A DNA stretch of 57,337 nt from Candidatus Pacearchaeota archaeon (GCA_036169915.1 JAVHOF010000037.1:1-57337), one strand, 5' to 3'. Shown: positions 36,945-46,927, numbered from the stretch's first letter. The notes: generated by a model from the sequence alone, not told the origin. Numbers and translations: made by a program.

Positions 36945-38243
36945 ATGAAAAAACCTTTTATTAAGCCAGAACCAGGAGATAAAGTTGAAGTGCTTATAAA
37001 TAATAAAAGAGAAACAGGAATTCTTTTGGAGTCGCATGATTCTGGAATTCTTTTATTGAAACTGGATAATGGTTATAATCTTGGACTGAAAAAAGAAGAT
37101 ATTTCTGAAATAAAAGTCATTGAAAAAGGTAGGATAGAGGAAAAAACTGAAGCTAAATTTGAAATATCTCATAAAAAACCTATTATTGATTTTATTGTTG
37201 TTGGAGGAACTATAACAAACAAACTTGACCCTAAAACCGGAGGAGTGACTAATTTGATTAATCCTCAGGAATTATTTTTAGTTTATCCTGAGGTTTTTCA
37301 GTTTGCAGATATAAGAATTCATAATCCTTTTATGAAAGCAAGCGAGAGCATGAATTTTCTTGATTGGATTAAAATAGCCAAGATTGTTGAAAAAAGTTTG
37401 AATAATGAAAATGTTAAAGGGGTTATTATTACTCATGGAACTGATTTTTTGCATTACACAGCAGCTGCATTAAGTTTTATGCTTCCTAATTTAAACAAGC
37501 CTGTTGTGCTGACTTATTCTCAAAGGTCAAGTGATAGAGGTAGTGCAGATTCAAGATTAAATCTTATCTGTTCTGCGCATGCAGCTCTTAGTGATATTGC
37601 AGAAGTAATGATTGTTGGACATGCAACAATAAATGATAATTATTGCTATGCTCTTTCTGGAACAAAAACAAGAAAAATGCATACTTCAAGAAGAGATACT
37701 TTTCGTGCTATTAATACAAAGCCTATTGCAAAAATTTTTCCAGATGGAAAAATTGAATCTATTAAAGAGTATAATAAAAGAAAATCTGGAAATTTTAAAA
37801 TAAAAACTGATGCGGTTTTTGAACCTAAGGTTGCTTTAGTAAAATTTTATCCAGGGCAAGATCCTAATATTTTAGATTATTATAAGAAAAAAGGATATAA
37901 GGGGATTGTGATTGAAATGTGCGGGTTAGGACATGTGTGCACTGAAGGAAAATTCAATTGGTTACCTAAATTAAAACAAATAATAAGCTCTGGAATTTTT
38001 GTTTGCGCTGCTCCACAGACATTATACGGAAGATTAGACCCTTATGTTTATGCTCCTCAGAGAAAGATTTTGGAAACAGGAGTTGTTTTTTTAGAAGATA
38101 TCTTGCCAGAAACAGCATTTGTAAAACTTGGATTTGTTTTAGGACATAAGATATGGAGAGGAAGTGTTGCTACTCGTGTAAAAATGCTTGAAAATATTTC
38201 AGGAGAATTTAATAAAAGATTAGGCAATGAGTTTTTGGATTAA
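36945..38243 (+). CDS. gatD: Glu-tRNA(Gln) amidotransferase subunit D
   Basis: An N-terminal small beta domain (GDKVEV...) is followed by an asparaginase fold (GGTI, ITHGTDFLHYTAAALSF, and a C-terminal domain). Confidence 0.9.
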   Translation: MKKPFIKPEPGDKVEVLINNKRETGILLESHDSGILLLKLDNGYNLGLKKEDISEIKVIEKGRIEEKTEAKFEISHKKPIIDFIVVGGTITNKLDPKTGGVTNLINPQELFLVYPEVFQFADIRIHNPFMKASESMNFLDWIKIAKIVEKSLNNENVKGVIITHGTDFLHYTAAALSFMLPNLNKPVVLTYSQRSSDRGSADSRLNLICSAHAALSDIAEVMIVGHATINDNYCYALSGTKTRKMHTSRRDTFRAINTKPIAKIFPDGKIESIKEYNKRKSGNFKIKTDAVFEPKVALVKFYPGQDPNILDYYKKKGYKGIVIEMCGLGHVCTEGKFNWLPKLKQIISSGIFVCAAPQTLYGRLDPYVYAPQRKILETGVVFLEDILPETAFVKLGFVLGHKIWRGSVATRVKMLENISGEFNKRLGNEFLD

Positions 38244-38246
38244 AAA

Positions 38247-38657
38247 TCATTTTCTTATAACAATCATTTTTCTTATTCTAGAAAAATAATGTATATCAGG
38301 CATATTAGGTGCGTTTTCTAGTCTGATTGCATAAGCTCTTGATTTTAAAACATCTGTTTCTAATTTCCCATGATGAAATGTTGGTTTTTCAGTTCCTTTA
38401 TTATCTTCAGTTATATAAATTTCTCTTCCATAATAATTATCCATTTCTTTTGCTGCAAATTCTGGGTTGACAGGAGGAATAAATTCAGAAGAAAGTTCAG
38501 CTTTTTTTAGTATTTCAGTTAGTGTTGTTTCATATCTTGTAGTCATACCTTCAACAACTGTTACAATATTTGGTTCAGAAATTGTTATTCTTTCAGCATG
38601 TCTTGTTTCAGAATGCATTGCTTTTTTTCTTTCAACCATTGTTTTTATAAAAAACAA
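38247..38657 (-). CDS. Hypothetical protein (orphan; possible paralog of 39107..39466)
   Basis: ORF in the track. Its C-terminal region is similar to that of 39107..39466. Confidence 0.45.
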   Translation of the reverse strand: MFFIKTMVERKKAMHSETRHAERITISEPNIVTVVEGMTTRYETTLTEILKKAELSSEFIPPVNPEFAAKEMDNYYGREIYITEDNKGTEKPTFHHGKLETDVLKSRAYAIRLENAPNMPDIHYFSRIRKMIVIRK

Positions 38658-38689
38658 AGAGTTTTAAATATTTGTGTATTGGAGATAAT

Positions 38690-39085
38690 ATGAAAAAATA
38701 TTATATTTTTGGAATTGTTGTTTTGTTTTTTGTAATTTTATTATTATTTTTGAGAAGTTTTAATGGTGGAGAAGATAATTGGATTAAAGATTCTAAAGGA
38801 ATTTATGTGAAACATGGAAATCCTTTTAATATTCCTGATTATGTTGAAGATCAGCAAAAAGCCATTATTTGTTCTAATAGTTTATATGATAAAGAAAAAA
38901 ATAAAAGTGCTGAATTTAACAGCCAATGTTTAGGAACATGTCTGGATTATAGTGTGGATATTGTTCATATTCCTAGAACTTCTGAAGATAATAAGATTGA
39001 GAATCAATGTGCTGATTATAGAAATGGGATTACAAAAAGTTTTATTGAGCTTGACAGAAATGGAGAAATTGTGAGGGTAGTTTAA
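38690..39085 (+). CDS. Signal-anchored secreted hypothetical protein
   Basis: MKKYYIFGIVVLFFVILLLFL is followed by a domain containing several cysteines. I prefer the ATG at 38690 over the TTG at 38672. Confidence 0.5.
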   Translation: MKKYYIFGIVVLFFVILLLFLRSFNGGEDNWIKDSKGIYVKHGNPFNIPDYVEDQQKAIICSNSLYDKEKNKSAEFNSQCLGTCLDYSVDIVHIPRTSEDNKIENQCADYRNGITKSFIELDRNGEIVRVV

Positions 39086-39106
39086 TTTTTTATTCAATTT
39101 CAATAT

Positions 39107-39466
39107 TTAGTTGATATAACAGATCATTTTAATCGGGATTCTTTTTTTTCTTTCTATTACTAATATTCTTCTCAAATCTCTATTATTTATAAAAACTCTT
39201 GAATTATATTCGTCAAATAATCTAAATACAAATCCAAAATCAGTTGGTCTTAATATAGTTCCATCATATAAAGGTTTTCTATTTTTTTCAGAGTCTAGAC
39301 CAAGTCTATATGACTCATATTTTTTTAGACTTGGAGAACTAATCATAACTCTATAGTTTTCATATCTTTTTATAACATCTTCTATGGGTTCAGCTTCTTT
39401 TTTTCTTAAGTCTATTACAATCATTTCTGGAGATTCATTTTCAACTGATGTTTCTACAGTTGCCAT
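39107..39466 (-). CDS. Hypothetical protein (orphan)
   Basis: ORF in the track. Confidence 0.45.
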   Translation of the reverse strand: MATVETSVENESPEMIVIDLRKKEAEPIEDVIKRYENYRVMISSPSLKKYESYRLGLDSEKNRKPLYDGTILRPTDFGFVFRLFDEYNSRVFINNRDLRRILVIERKKRIPIKMICYIN

Positions 39467-39518
39467 ACCTTTAATAAGAAAAAGAACTTTATAATAATTG
39501 TTGTATAGAATTGAATAA

Positions 39519-39890
39519 TCACTTTAATCTTTTTTCAATTCTATCGAGTTGCTTTTTTAATTCCTGAATTTCTTTTTCAGCTTTTTTATTTATGAGATAG
39601 TCATATTCAGCTCTTTCTCTGTCTCTTTGAGATTCTCTGTTTTGAGACATTAATATCATTGGAGCCAGAATTACACTAATAATTCCTAGAACTAAATTAA
39701 GAAAAACAAATGGATATGGGTCAAATTTGTATAATAATTCAAATGCATTTATTGAAAGCCAAAGTATTAAAAGAACAAATAGAATAAAAATAAAAACCCA
39801 ACTTCCTGCAAGTTTTGTAAATCTGTCTGCTATTCTTTGTCCAAGACTCCACTTATGCCTGTTTATCGGATGATATAGCTCTTTTTGCAT
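39519..39890 (-). CDS. DUF1003-family membrane protein
   Basis: FDPYPFVFLNLVLGIISVILAPMILMSQNRESQRDR..AE.DY..N.KAE.EI matches the DUF1003 pattern as I recall it. Confidence 0.65.
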   Translation of the reverse strand: MQKELYHPINRHKWSLGQRIADRFTKLAGSWVFIFILFVLLILWLSINAFELLYKFDPYPFVFLNLVLGIISVILAPMILMSQNRESQRDRERAEYDYLINKKAEKEIQELKKQLDRIEKRLK

Positions 39891-40033
39891 GTTTAGAAAT
39901 AGAAATGAGGATTTATATAATTTTCTTTATTATACTCAAAATAAATTTGGTAAAATTTGGATTACTTATTAGTTGTAACTTATTAGTAGATACATACAGA
40001 AAGGTTTAAAAATAATAAACTTATGATAGTTTA

Positions 40034-40813
40034 ATGAAACGTGAAATATATAATTTAGGAGATGAGGAATTTGCTTTTTTTATAAATAGAATTGCAGAAG
40101 AACTTAGATATAGAGATATTCCTTATGCTTTTGTAGGCGGTGTTGCTGTTCAATCTCAGATTTTAAAAAGGCTTACTAAAAAATATAATGCAGATATATC
40201 TCATCTTATATTAAATAGTGATGTAAGATTTCAAGATTATGTAAGAGCTACTGATGATGTAGACCTTGCTTTGAAGTTTCCAACAGATGAAAAAGGTAAT
40301 GTTAGTCCTGAAAATCTTGAAAAAATCATAGATGTCTGTGAGCATATAGAAGGCGTTTATTTGTCAGGAGATCATAAACATCTTTTTGAATATCTATTGC
40401 AAAGAAATGGAATAAGAAGACCTGTTTTTAGTGTTTCTATTGATGACAATCAACAGGAAAATTTATTTCTGAATATATCTAGAGAATCTAGAAATTTAAG
40501 AAGGATAAGCTATCAATTTTATGAAGAATTCATAGATGCTGGAGAAGATTTAACAATTCCTTATAGCTCTTCTTTTAGTTTACGAATTAAAACTTATAGG
40601 CCTGAACATATTTTAGCTACAAAAATATCTCAATTAAGAGCAAAAGATATGATGGATATAAAAAATCTTGTTGAAATTATGCAGCAATGTGGAGAGGAAG
40701 TAGATGCTAAGGAACTTGAAAGGATTTTAATACCTTGTCATTTAATAAATTATGAAAGATTTGGGTCTCTAACAGGAATATCTGTTGATGTTGATTTAAA
40801 TGGACATTCTTAA
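40034..40813 (+). CDS. Nucleotidyltransferase-fold protein (AbiEii-like)
   Basis: The sequence is YAFVGGVAVQSQ....VRATDDVDLAL, which fits the GG...R.T.D.D pattern. Confidence 0.4.
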   Translation: MKREIYNLGDEEFAFFINRIAEELRYRDIPYAFVGGVAVQSQILKRLTKKYNADISHLILNSDVRFQDYVRATDDVDLALKFPTDEKGNVSPENLEKIIDVCEHIEGVYLSGDHKHLFEYLLQRNGIRRPVFSVSIDDNQQENLFLNISRESRNLRRISYQFYEEFIDAGEDLTIPYSSSFSLRIKTYRPEHILATKISQLRAKDMMDIKNLVEIMQQCGEEVDAKELERILIPCHLINYERFGSLTGISVDVDLNGHS

Positions 40814-40853
40814 CATTAACAAGTTTTATTAAGTTTAAATTTTTTCTTCTTTC

Positions 40854-42296
40854 ATGGAAATAAAAAAGGAAATTAAATGCGGGCTTGAGATTCATCAGCA
40901 GCTTGATACACATAAACTGTTCTGTGAATGTCCGAGCATTTTGAGAAATGATGCTTCGAGTTTTAAAGTAAAAAGAAAGCTTCATGCTGTTGCAGGTGAG
41001 AGCGGGGAAGTGGATATTGCTGCAAAATATGAAGCTTCTAAGGACAGGGAATTTGTTTATTATGGTTATGATACTACTTGTTTAATTGAGCTTGATGAAG
41101 AACCACCTCATTTAATTAATTCAGAAGCATTGAAAATTGCACTGCATATTGCGCTTCATCTTAATTGCGAAATTTCTTCTATTTCTCAGATAATGAGAAA
41201 AACAGTTGTTGATGGTTCAAATACATCTGGTTTTCAAAGAACAGTCTTGATTGCAAGAAATGGTTTTGTTGAAACCAAATTTGGCAGGGTTGGAATAAGA
41301 ACTCTTTTATTAGAGGAAGATGCTGCAAGGCCTGCGTCTGGAAATGAAGAGGGAAATGAAAACATTAAGGTGTATAAATTAGACAGGCTTGGAATTCCAT
41401 TAGTTGAAATTGCAACAGAACCTGATATTAAAAGTGCTGAACAAGCTAAAGAAGTTGCATTACTTATTGGAGATGTTTTAAGAAGCTGCAAAGTCAGGAG
41501 AGGAATCGGTACGATAAGACAGGATGTAAATATCAGCATTTCAGGGCATCCAAGAATTGAAATAAAAGGTTTTCAGGATGTTAAAATGTTTATTTCTGTT
41601 ATTGAAAATGAAATTAAAAGACAAGAAGAAAATCTCAGATTAAAAAAAGATTTGAAAAGTGAGGTTAGAAACTCAAGTGCTGATGGAACAACTAAATTTT
41701 TAAGACCCATGCCCGGAAGTTCAAGAATGTATCCTGAAACTGACTTGCCTTTGCTTAGAATCTCAAGAGAAATCATCAATGATGCAAAAGCAACATTGCC
41801 TAAATTAAGAAGTGAAATCAAATCAGAATTAAAAGAAAAAGGACTTTCTGAAGAAATGATTAAATTATTGTCTCATGGAGATAAGATAGAAGAGTTTGAA
41901 TCTTTATTAAAAATAATAAATGAACCTAATTTTATTGCAAAAGTTCTTTTTATTTTTCCAAAGGAAATTGCAAGTCATGAGAAAATTGAAAATATTGATG
42001 ATATTCTTAATCTTGATGTGATTGAGTCAATAATCAATGCTGTTGAAAGGAAAAAAATTCAGAGAGAAGATGTGAAGCATGTCATGGAAGAGATTGCCCT
42101 CGGAAAAAAATTTGAAGATGCGATTAAGCTTGAGAAATTTGATTTATCTGATATTGAATCTGAAATTGCAAAAATTGTTAAAGAAAAACCTGACTTGTCA
42201 ATTGGCGGATATATGGGATTAATTATGCAGAAATTTAAGGGCAAGGTAAATGGTAAAGATGCCACTGAAATACTTGGGAAATTGATAAAACTTTAA
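40854..42296 (+). CDS. gatE: Glu-tRNA(Gln) amidotransferase subunit E (short form)
   Basis: Motifs include CGLEIHQQLDTHKLFCECPS, LEEDAAR, IEIKGFQD and RMYPETDLP. At 480 aa it is shorter than the GatE lengths of about 600+ aa that I recall. Confidence 0.85.
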   Translation: MEIKKEIKCGLEIHQQLDTHKLFCECPSILRNDASSFKVKRKLHAVAGESGEVDIAAKYEASKDREFVYYGYDTTCLIELDEEPPHLINSEALKIALHIALHLNCEISSISQIMRKTVVDGSNTSGFQRTVLIARNGFVETKFGRVGIRTLLLEEDAARPASGNEEGNENIKVYKLDRLGIPLVEIATEPDIKSAEQAKEVALLIGDVLRSCKVRRGIGTIRQDVNISISGHPRIEIKGFQDVKMFISVIENEIKRQEENLRLKKDLKSEVRNSSADGTTKFLRPMPGSSRMYPETDLPLLRISREIINDAKATLPKLRSEIKSELKEKGLSEEMIKLLSHGDKIEEFESLLKIINEPNFIAKVLFIFPKEIASHEKIENIDDILNLDVIESIINAVERKKIQREDVKHVMEEIALGKKFEDAIKLEKFDLSDIESEIAKIVKEKPDLSIGGYMGLIMQKFKGKVNGKDATEILGKLIKL

Positions 42297-42703
42297 TAAA
42301 CTATAATAATTCTTTCTTCAGATTCCTTATCTTTTCTTTCTCTTTCTTGTTCTTCTTCTAGTTGTTTAAGCCATTCTTTTTCTTGTTTTTTAGTGTATTC
42401 CTGTTCTCTTTTATCTTCTTCTTCAACATAATGTTCATAACCAGCAAAATTTATTCTTATACCTTTGATTCTATTTCCCAAAACTCTGAATGCCAAAGTT
42501 TCTGATAAATATTTTCCATTATGTTTTTGAGAACTAAAAAATTCATTTCTTATATGTGCAAGACCTTTTTCATCAAAAATATCTATAGAATGAGTTTTGC
42601 AATAATTCCTTATTCCTTGCTGGGTTAAATAACATAAACTTTCATTGTTATGTCTTAATGGAATTTCTTCTAATCTTTGTCTTAAGTATTTTTTAAGAGA
42701 CAT
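42293..42703 (-). CDS. Hypothetical protein with an E/K-rich C-terminus
   Basis: ORF in the track. Confidence 0.45.
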   Translation of the reverse strand: MSLKKYLRQRLEEIPLRHNNESLCYLTQQGIRNYCKTHSIDIFDEKGLAHIRNEFFSSQKHNGKYLSETLAFRVLGNRIKGIRINFAGYEHYVEEEDKREQEYTKKQEKEWLKQLEEEQERERKDKESEERIIIVY

Positions 42704-42780
42704 TTGCTTACAAAATATTTAACCCTATAAAAATCTTTTGGAACAAAAGATTTTAAAAACCTTGTATTTCTGTATTAAAT

Positions 42781-44202
42781 ATGTTAAGGACACATAATCT
42801 AGGTGAAATTAATGAAAATCTCATTGGAAAAAAAGTGAAACTTTGTGGATGGATAGATGTCACTAGAGAGCATGGAAAGGTTATTTTTCTTGATTTAAGA
42901 GACAGATATGGAAAAGTTCAGAGTGTTGTTGTTTCTAAAAATTTAGATTTTGAGGTTGTTAAAAAATTACCTAAAGAATCTTGTATATCAATTGAAGGAA
43001 CTGTAAATGCAAGACCCAAAGGAAGTGAGAATATAAATATTCCTAGTGGTAAGGTGGAGGTATTAATTGATAAGGTGCATGTCATGAATAGTTGTCCTGA
43101 ATTACCTTTTCAATTAGATGAAAAAGGAGTCAATGAAGAAATAAGATTAAAATATAGGTTTTTAGACTTAAGAAGAGAAGAACTGCAGAAAAATCTTCTT
43201 TTTAGACATAAATTAATAAAATCTTTTAGAGATTATTTTGATAAACATAATTTTATCGAAGTTGAAACTCCTATGCTTGGAAAATCAACTCCAGAAGGTG
43301 CTAGAGATTATGTTGTTCCTTCAAGAGTAAATCCTGGAAAATTCTATGCTCTACCTCAATCACCTCAATTATATAAACAATTATTAATGGTTAGTGGATA
43401 TGATAGATATTTCCAAATTGCTAAATGTTTAAGAGATGAAGACCTTCGTGCTGATAGACAACCAGAATTCACACAATTAGATGTTGAAATGAGTTTTGTT
43501 GAGATGGAAGATATATATACTATTGTTGAAGGATGTTTGAAACATGCATTTAAAGAAGTTTTAGGAATTGACTTGAAAACTCCTTTTAGAAGAATTTCTT
43601 ATGATGAATCTATGAAAAAATATAAAAGTGATAAGCCTGATTTAAGGCCTGAAATAAAAGAGAAATATGCATTTTGTTGGATTGTGGATTTTCCAATGTT
43701 TGAATATTCAAAAGAAGAAGAAAAAATAGTTGCAGCTCATCATCCTTTTTGTATGCCAGAGGATTTATCAAATAATCTTGAAAAAAATCCATTAAAAATA
43801 AAGGCTAAGACTTATGATTTAGTTCTAAATGGAACTGAACTTTTAAGTGGAAGTATTAGAATCCATAATCCTGAAATACAATCTCGTGTTTTTAAGATAC
43901 TTGGAATAGGAAAAGAAGAATCTGAAAAAAAATTTGGATTTTTATTGAAAGCTTTATCTTATGGAGCTCCGGTTCATGGAGGATTTGCCATTGGTTTAGA
44001 TAGATTAATACAGATTTTAGCTGAAGCTGAATCTATAAGAGAAGTGATTGCTTTTCCAAAAAATCAAAGTGCTCAGGATGTAATGTCTGAAGCACCTGCG
44101 GATTTAACTGATAAACAATTAAAGGAAGTTTCTATAAAATTAGATTTGCCTGAGAAAAAAGAAAATAAAGATAATTCTAAAAAAACCAGAAAAAATAAAT
44201 AA
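42781..44202 (+). CDS. aspS: Aspartate--tRNA ligase, bacterial type, lacking the GAD insertion domain
   Basis: VKLCGWI...[68 protein letters not shown] and [10 protein letters not shown]...IREVIAFPK are close to E. coli-type AspRS. SDKPDLR joins almost directly to WIVDFPMFE where the insertion would normally lie. Confidence 0.9.
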   Translation: MLRTHNLGEINENLIGKKVKLCGWIDVTREHGKVIFLDLRDRYGKVQSVVVSKNLDFEVVKKLPKESCISIEGTVNARPKGSENINIPSGKVEVLIDKVHVMNSCPELPFQLDEKGVNEEIRLKYRFLDLRREELQKNLLFRHKLIKSFRDYFDKHNFIEVETPMLGKSTPEGARDYVVPSRVNPGKFYALPQSPQLYKQLLMVSGYDRYFQIAKCLRDEDLRADRQPEFTQLDVEMSFVEMEDIYTIVEGCLKHAFKEVLGIDLKTPFRRISYDESMKKYKSDKPDLRPEIKEKYAFCWIVDFPMFEYSKEEEKIVAAHHPFCMPEDLSNNLEKNPLKIKAKTYDLVLNGTELLSGSIRIHNPEIQSRVFKILGIGKEESEKKFGFLLKALSYGAPVHGGFAIGLDRLIQILAEAESIREVIAFPKNQSAQDVMSEAPADLTDKQLKEVSIKLDLPEKKENKDNSKKTRKNK

Positions 44203-44207
44203 AATTA

Positions 44208-44321
44208 ATGCATGCAGGCTGGGGGGCTGGTGTTGAAAGAATAACTATGTTATTATTGGGATTGCCTAATATTAGAGAAGCTGTACTTTTTCCAAGAGAC
44301 AGAGATAGATTAATGCCTTAA
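44208..44321 (+). pseudogene. Relic of the C-terminus (motif 3 onward) of an archaeal-type AspRS
   Basis: My own translation is [37 protein letters not shown]. It matches the archaeal/eukaryotic class IIb ending (PHAG.G.G.ER..M...G..NIRE..LFPRDR.RL.P). A stop codon lies 4 codons upstream of the ATG, so only the tail survives. Confidence 0.7.
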
Positions 44322-44468
44322 TTCTAATGATTACTAAACTTATAATTTTTATTAGATTTAAAATTAGTAAAAGCAGATTTTATAATTGATAATTCTTATC
44401 AGCAAGTATTTAAACTATTAAAAGAATTAAATATTAGATAACAAATTTTTTATAAGGATATATTCATT

Positions 44469-44951
44469 TTATAATAAACAAAATTCAAATGGAATAGTTC
44501 CTTCTATTATTCTATGAGCTTCATAGCCTGCTCTTGTTAAAGCATCTCTTTGTATTTTAACATAGTCTTCTCCACAAAAACCACATATTCCTATTGGACA
44601 TTGCCATGGCAATACTGGAAGATGAGGTATTTCATAAGGTTTCATTTTTCCCCAGATGTCAAAATGAGGAAATCTTTTTCTTAAAGCTTCTATGTCTTTT
44701 AGACATAAATCAAGATCTTCAATATCTCTTTTATTAAGTTCATCATAGGTCATATGAGTCAAATCTCCATAGGCAGCATCTATTGCATACATTATTATAA
44801 CAAAAGGATTCTTTAATTTAGAAACAGAGGTGTAATTAGAATTTTCTGGCCTGAAAATCTCAAGCAATGAGGTTCTTTGCAATCTTACATCTCTAGTTCT
44901 TCTTGCTAAATCTTCATTACTATTAAAATCACTGTTTGGCAATTCCAACAT
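44469..44951 (-). CDS. Hypothetical protein (orphan; contains CPIGICGFCG)
   Basis: ORF in the track. Confidence 0.45.
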   Translation of the reverse strand: MLELPNSDFNSNEDLARRTRDVRLQRTSLLEIFRPENSNYTSVSKLKNPFVIIMYAIDAAYGDLTHMTYDELNKRDIEDLDLCLKDIEALRKRFPHFDIWGKMKPYEIPHLPVLPWQCPIGICGFCGEDYVKIQRDALTRAGYEAHRIIEGTIPFEFCLL

Positions 44952-44995
44952 TTATTATATTAGAAAATAGTGTTTATTAATTTTACTAATGGAAA

Positions 44996-45340
44996 TTAAT
45001 TAGAATAAGGTAGTTCTTGTTTGTCAAATTCTCTGTAAATATTGTTTCTTAATTCATGCAATCTATCAAATACTAATCCTTCTGGAATATTGTTTGGAAT
45101 AGCTAATCTAACTTGATAATCATGAGAATTTCTTGAAACTAATATTGTGAAAGGACCTGTTATAATTTTTGTTTTTCCATTAGTTTCAAGCTCTTCAGCA
45201 TGTCTTTTAGCTAGTTCTTTAATATCCATTATAGTAAAAGGGGCTGATTTAAGAGGGCTTCTATAAAATAATCTTTCACATATTTCTAAAGAAGTTTGTA
45301 GAAATGTTCTTTCATCCAAAGATGTTGTTTGAGGTGACAT
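44996..45340 (-). CDS. Hypothetical protein (orphan)
   Basis: ORF in the track. Confidence 0.45.
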   Translation of the reverse strand: MSPQTTSLDERTFLQTSLEICERLFYRSPLKSAPFTIMDIKELAKRHAEELETNGKTKIITGPFTILVSRNSHDYQVRLAIPNNIPEGLVFDRLHELRNNIYREFDKQELPYSN

Positions 45341-45357
45341 TTTTTTTGAATATAAAA

Positions 45358-45407
45358 CCCTGGAAGAGCCAGTTTCATACTAAAAGTATGTCTTTGCTCT
45401 TCTGGGG
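45358..45407. ncRNA. Candidate structured RNA element or GC-rich nested hairpin
   Basis: CCCTGGAAGAGC pairs with GCTCTTCTGGGG over 12 bp, including 2 G-U pairs. This stem encloses an inner hairpin CATACT-AAA-AGTATG. The element is an isolated GC-rich feature in an AT-rich divergent intergenic region. Confidence 0.3.
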
Positions 45408-45537
45408 AAAAGAGGTGATAATATATATTAGAATAGCTAATATTTAAACCTTTCGATTTTGTATTAACTTACTAGTGATAACTAAATAAAAAGATTTTTA
45501 AATACTCTTTTGCGTATTAAATTACTAGGAGTATAAG

Positions 45538-45969
45538 ATGATAGATACTGAATCAGGATTTGATTGCTATGAAAGAAGTTTAGATATAGATCATAGAAGC
45601 AGTTATCCTAAACTTAATGCTCATCATAGATTTCAATGTAGGGGGTATCAGGATAATAAAAAGTCTGTTAGAACTTTGGATTCTGAAGCTAATTATGAAG
45701 GTGATATTATTTCAGCAAGAGTTAAATATTTACTCAAAAACCATCCTGAAATAGCTGAAGAATTCTCATTGAAAAAAGATTTAGGTTGTTTAGCTTTAAA
45801 ATATTTGAGAGGTGATTATATTTATTTTTCTAAAAGAATTGCAAAAATGGCTGTTTATGACGTTCTTGTTAAACTATTGGGAAGTTCTGCTTTAGATGGA
45901 ATTGAAAGAGACCCTTCTCTTGGATGGGATAATAATGGAAAAGGAAGAAAGAAGAAACGAAAAAAGTGA
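45538..45969 (+). CDS. Hypothetical protein with a basic C-terminal tail
   Basis: ORF in the track. Confidence 0.45.
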   Translation: MIDTESGFDCYERSLDIDHRSSYPKLNAHHRFQCRGYQDNKKSVRTLDSEANYEGDIISARVKYLLKNHPEIAEEFSLKKDLGCLALKYLRGDYIYFSKRIAKMAVYDVLVKLLGSSALDGIERDPSLGWDNNGKGRKKKRKK

Positions 45970-46024
45970 AATAATAGTTTTGGTGAAAGAGTATATTTAT
46001 AAATTATTTTTAATTTAGATTATT

Positions 46025-46822
46025 ATGAAAATTTTAGCTATTGGAGATCCACATGGAAATTTAGATAAAATTAAAAAAATTTCTTTAAGAAATGTGGATT
46101 TAATTTTATTGACTGGAGATTTGGGAGATGCTAGTCTTATGAGAAAAATGGCTTTTGAAAATGTGGCTAGAAAAAAACAAGGTTTGCAAGAAAAAGAATA
46201 TTCTTCAAAAGAGAAAAAAAGAGCATTCATGGAGTCTTATAATTCAGCTATAAAAATAGTTAGATATTTAGCAAGATTTGCACCTGTTTATACTGTATTT
46301 GGAAATGTTGAAAATTCAAATCCTGAAACAAGGGAGAATTCAAGAGATATTGGATTACCTTTGCCGTTTTTAACAAATGATTTAAATTTAATTGAAGGGG
46401 TTAGAATAATAAATAATAGGATTGCTAATTATCGTGGAATTAAAATTGGTGGATTAAACTATTTTGTTGATACAAGTTGGATTAGGGAGTTTAAACCTTC
46501 AGATTTTAGGGAAAAAATGGCTAATGCAAAAAAAGAAACAGATAAAGCAAGAAGAGTTTTAAATCAATTTGGAGAATTAGAGATATTGATTTGTCATCAA
46601 CCCCCATATGGGGTGTTGGACAAAGTGACTGCCAAATTTGCACCAAAGCATTGGTTAGGAAAACATGCAGGAAGTAAAGTAATTTTAGATTATATAAAAA
46701 AATATCAACCTTCATATGTTTTTTGTGGACATATTCATGAAGGAAAAGGTATGAGAAAAGTTGGAAAGACTGAAGTTTATAATTTGGGAGTTGTTGGATA
46801 TAAAATTATAGATATTAATTAA
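46025..46822 (+). CDS. Calcineurin-like metallophosphoesterase
   Basis: The family motifs appear in order: GDPHGN, LLTGDLGD, GNVE, CHQPPYG and CGHIHEG. Confidence 0.8.
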   Translation: MKILAIGDPHGNLDKIKKISLRNVDLILLTGDLGDASLMRKMAFENVARKKQGLQEKEYSSKEKKRAFMESYNSAIKIVRYLARFAPVYTVFGNVENSNPETRENSRDIGLPLPFLTNDLNLIEGVRIINNRIANYRGIKIGGLNYFVDTSWIREFKPSDFREKMANAKKETDKARRVLNQFGELEILICHQPPYGVLDKVTAKFAPKHWLGKHAGSKVILDYIKKYQPSYVFCGHIHEGKGMRKVGKTEVYNLGVVGYKIIDIN

Positions 46823-46927
46823 TTTTATATACAGAAAAATTTTTGTTTATTTTTATTTTTTTGTCTAAAAAACTTCTATATACTAAAAAAGAAGAAGTTT
46901 TTTATATGCCTTTTTCCTGTAATCTTT

